Below the pieces are notes generated by a model. The model did not search any database, was not told where the DNA came from, and was given only the letters and a program-made list of their open reading frames with translations. Positions 32,672 to 34,403 of a stretch of DNA of 34,403 nt are shown piece after piece. The position numbers and the translations under genes were made by a program. Source of the DNA: Bigelowiella natans CCMP2755 (taxonomy: Eukaryota; Protista; Cercozoa); contig ADNK01002332.1 of assembly GCA_000320545.1 (NCBI GenBank), positions 1-34,403 on the forward strand, given 5' to 3'. The number at the start of each line of letters is the position of its first letter. The first letter of the stretch is position 1.

Positions 32672-34142
32672 GATATGGAGATCTGGCTGTGATATTCAAC
32701 GAAGACCTGGGAGAGCAGGCTTATGTATTAGTGATATTCTCCCGCCCCTTTGTATTAATCCAAAATTTCCTGAAGATGTGCAAGCACAACAGCCCCGGAG
32801 AACAATCAGAATTGACAAAACACAGCTTATCCGCTGAGTTTACTTGCTGCTCTCTCCTCTCGATCTATATCTTCTGCCACACACGTAATCTATTCATAGA
32901 TTCACCCCAGATAAATAAGATAAACTAGCTAGCAAAACACCCAAGCCAAGACCCTACAAGATACATCAATCACACGTCGATAAAACGAACGTCCCCTCAA
33001 TGCTCGTGAAATAAAATAAGTGGTTGACATAATTCAGACATGCTGTCCCTCCTCTTAATTTCTAAAATTCTAAATCCTTGGATGCACTATATTCAAACGA
33101 TGTGATACATACTTGGCTACGCCCCCGCCCCTTCCAATCCAGTTCCAGTCACTCTGGTAACGCCAGAGGGGATCGAACTTGACGTTTCATCACCCAAACA
33201 AGCACTAGATAACCAGAATGAGGAAATTAACATGACCGCGACATCTAAAAAAACATGTCTTAGAAAAATATTGTATCATATTTTTCTGATCGGATGAATT
33301 ACTATCCTAGTTGTGGTCTGAGAACTGGAGGTTGTAATTTTATCCTGCGTCTTGGAATCCTCCATGTCGTTAAATAGATATTCATATATATTTATGATTG
33401 TTGGTGGTGGTTTTTCCTTGTAAAAGGGAGTCTAACGCCCATCCCTCTAAAAATATTGCCAAAAAATAGTCTATGTTCTTAAGTTGCGACAACATGGGGT
33501 TTTTATTGGTGAGGAAGTTGTCGCATGATGTAAAATACATCGGGTTCACTCCTTCAAATTCATACCCCGGGGGGATCCCCGGGTCCGATGGCTTCTCTCC
33601 CTCTCTCCCCCGAAGAAGCTCTCAAGCAGGTTGAGCGACAGTCTCTGAGGAAGCTTTCTGGACCTTTTAGTCAAGTGGAATATGCCTACCTTTTCGCGTA
33701 TGTTTTATGACGCGAAGGAAGCCACGATCCAGCTAGATTACGCCGGCATTTTGCTCTATGCATCTTTTTAACCAGACGATGTGACAACTCAGGTCCTGAG
33801 CGCCAGGAACTATTTCGGTATATTCGATATTCCAAGGCGGAGAGTGGAGCCTTCGATTGTGAGGTGACTAACCTCTGCTTATAGAATGAGTTTGGCCTGA
33901 ATCAAAAGAATAGTAGGCGAAGCCATCTCTTGGAGCGAATACCTAACTTGGAATGTACACAGGAGGGCATACAAAGCACTAGCATTACTTATCCATCCGG
34001 ACAAAAACAGAGACTCAAAAGCACAGGCAAGTTCGATTATCTTTTGTGGTGTAGCTGTATAATCATGTTTTCTGTGTATTGATGGTCATCATTAATGACA
34101 GGCAGCGTTCAAGCGATTGACTGCAGCTCACGAGGTGATTGC

Positions 34143-34168
34143 GTGTGTGTGTGTGTGTGTGTGTGTGT
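34143..34168. repeat. (GT)n microsatellite
   Basis: Visible dinucleotide run. Confidence 0.95.
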
Positions 34169-34403
34169 ATTGCAGAGAAAGGAGGGGACGGGGGGGAGGG
34201 GAGGATATGATCTGATTCGGTCATGCTTAATATCCACGCCCGAGCACAATGCATTGAGAAGACCGTGCTTTCTAGTATGTCCCTAGTGCCTCATATTGAG
34301 AGAAAGACTGTAATTCTATTATATATTACTAGTGCCTCTCGACCCCGGCTTCTCAGGCTGCTTATCTCCTTTCGCTACCAAAAGAGAAGAAGAGAAATGA
34401 CGA

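Noticed and set aside
33564-33583. GC palindrome CCCCGGGGGGATCCCCGGG as a terminator or Helitron hairpin
   Set aside because: Short, imperfect and single-copy, with no adjacent CTRR end or other element features.

Overview
Intron-rich eukaryotic nuclear DNA. A green-algal-type FLU gene with a signal+transit leader and short GT-AG introns suggest an alga with a green secondary plastid (chlorarachniophyte-like; inference). Exons were reconstructed by hand. (1) A ~5,000-aa VPS13 lipid-transfer gene (+, 1625-17821, 9 exons) carries inserted SH3-like, PH and C2-like modules and has an unexplained +1 frame break near 13306. (2) A 12-exon, ~333-aa multipass membrane protein gene (-, 21560-19064), almost invisible in the ORF track, resembles only the N-terminal DMT-like domain of ZnT5/SLC30A5-type zinc transporters and has no CDF domain. 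(3) An unknown ~9-exon gene (+, 22401-~24311) has a hydrophobic leader ending in LNLRGG. (4) An intronless FLU/FLP TPR gene (-, 26751-25351). (5) A 3-exon N-type kinesin (-, 32671-29406). An ~80-bp dispersed repeat (5 copies, including an inverted pair) and purine-pyrimidine-alternating tracts lie mainly in the spacers downstream of gene 3' ends. Microsatellites are frequent in introns. No rRNA, tRNA, CRISPR array or autonomous transposon is supported.
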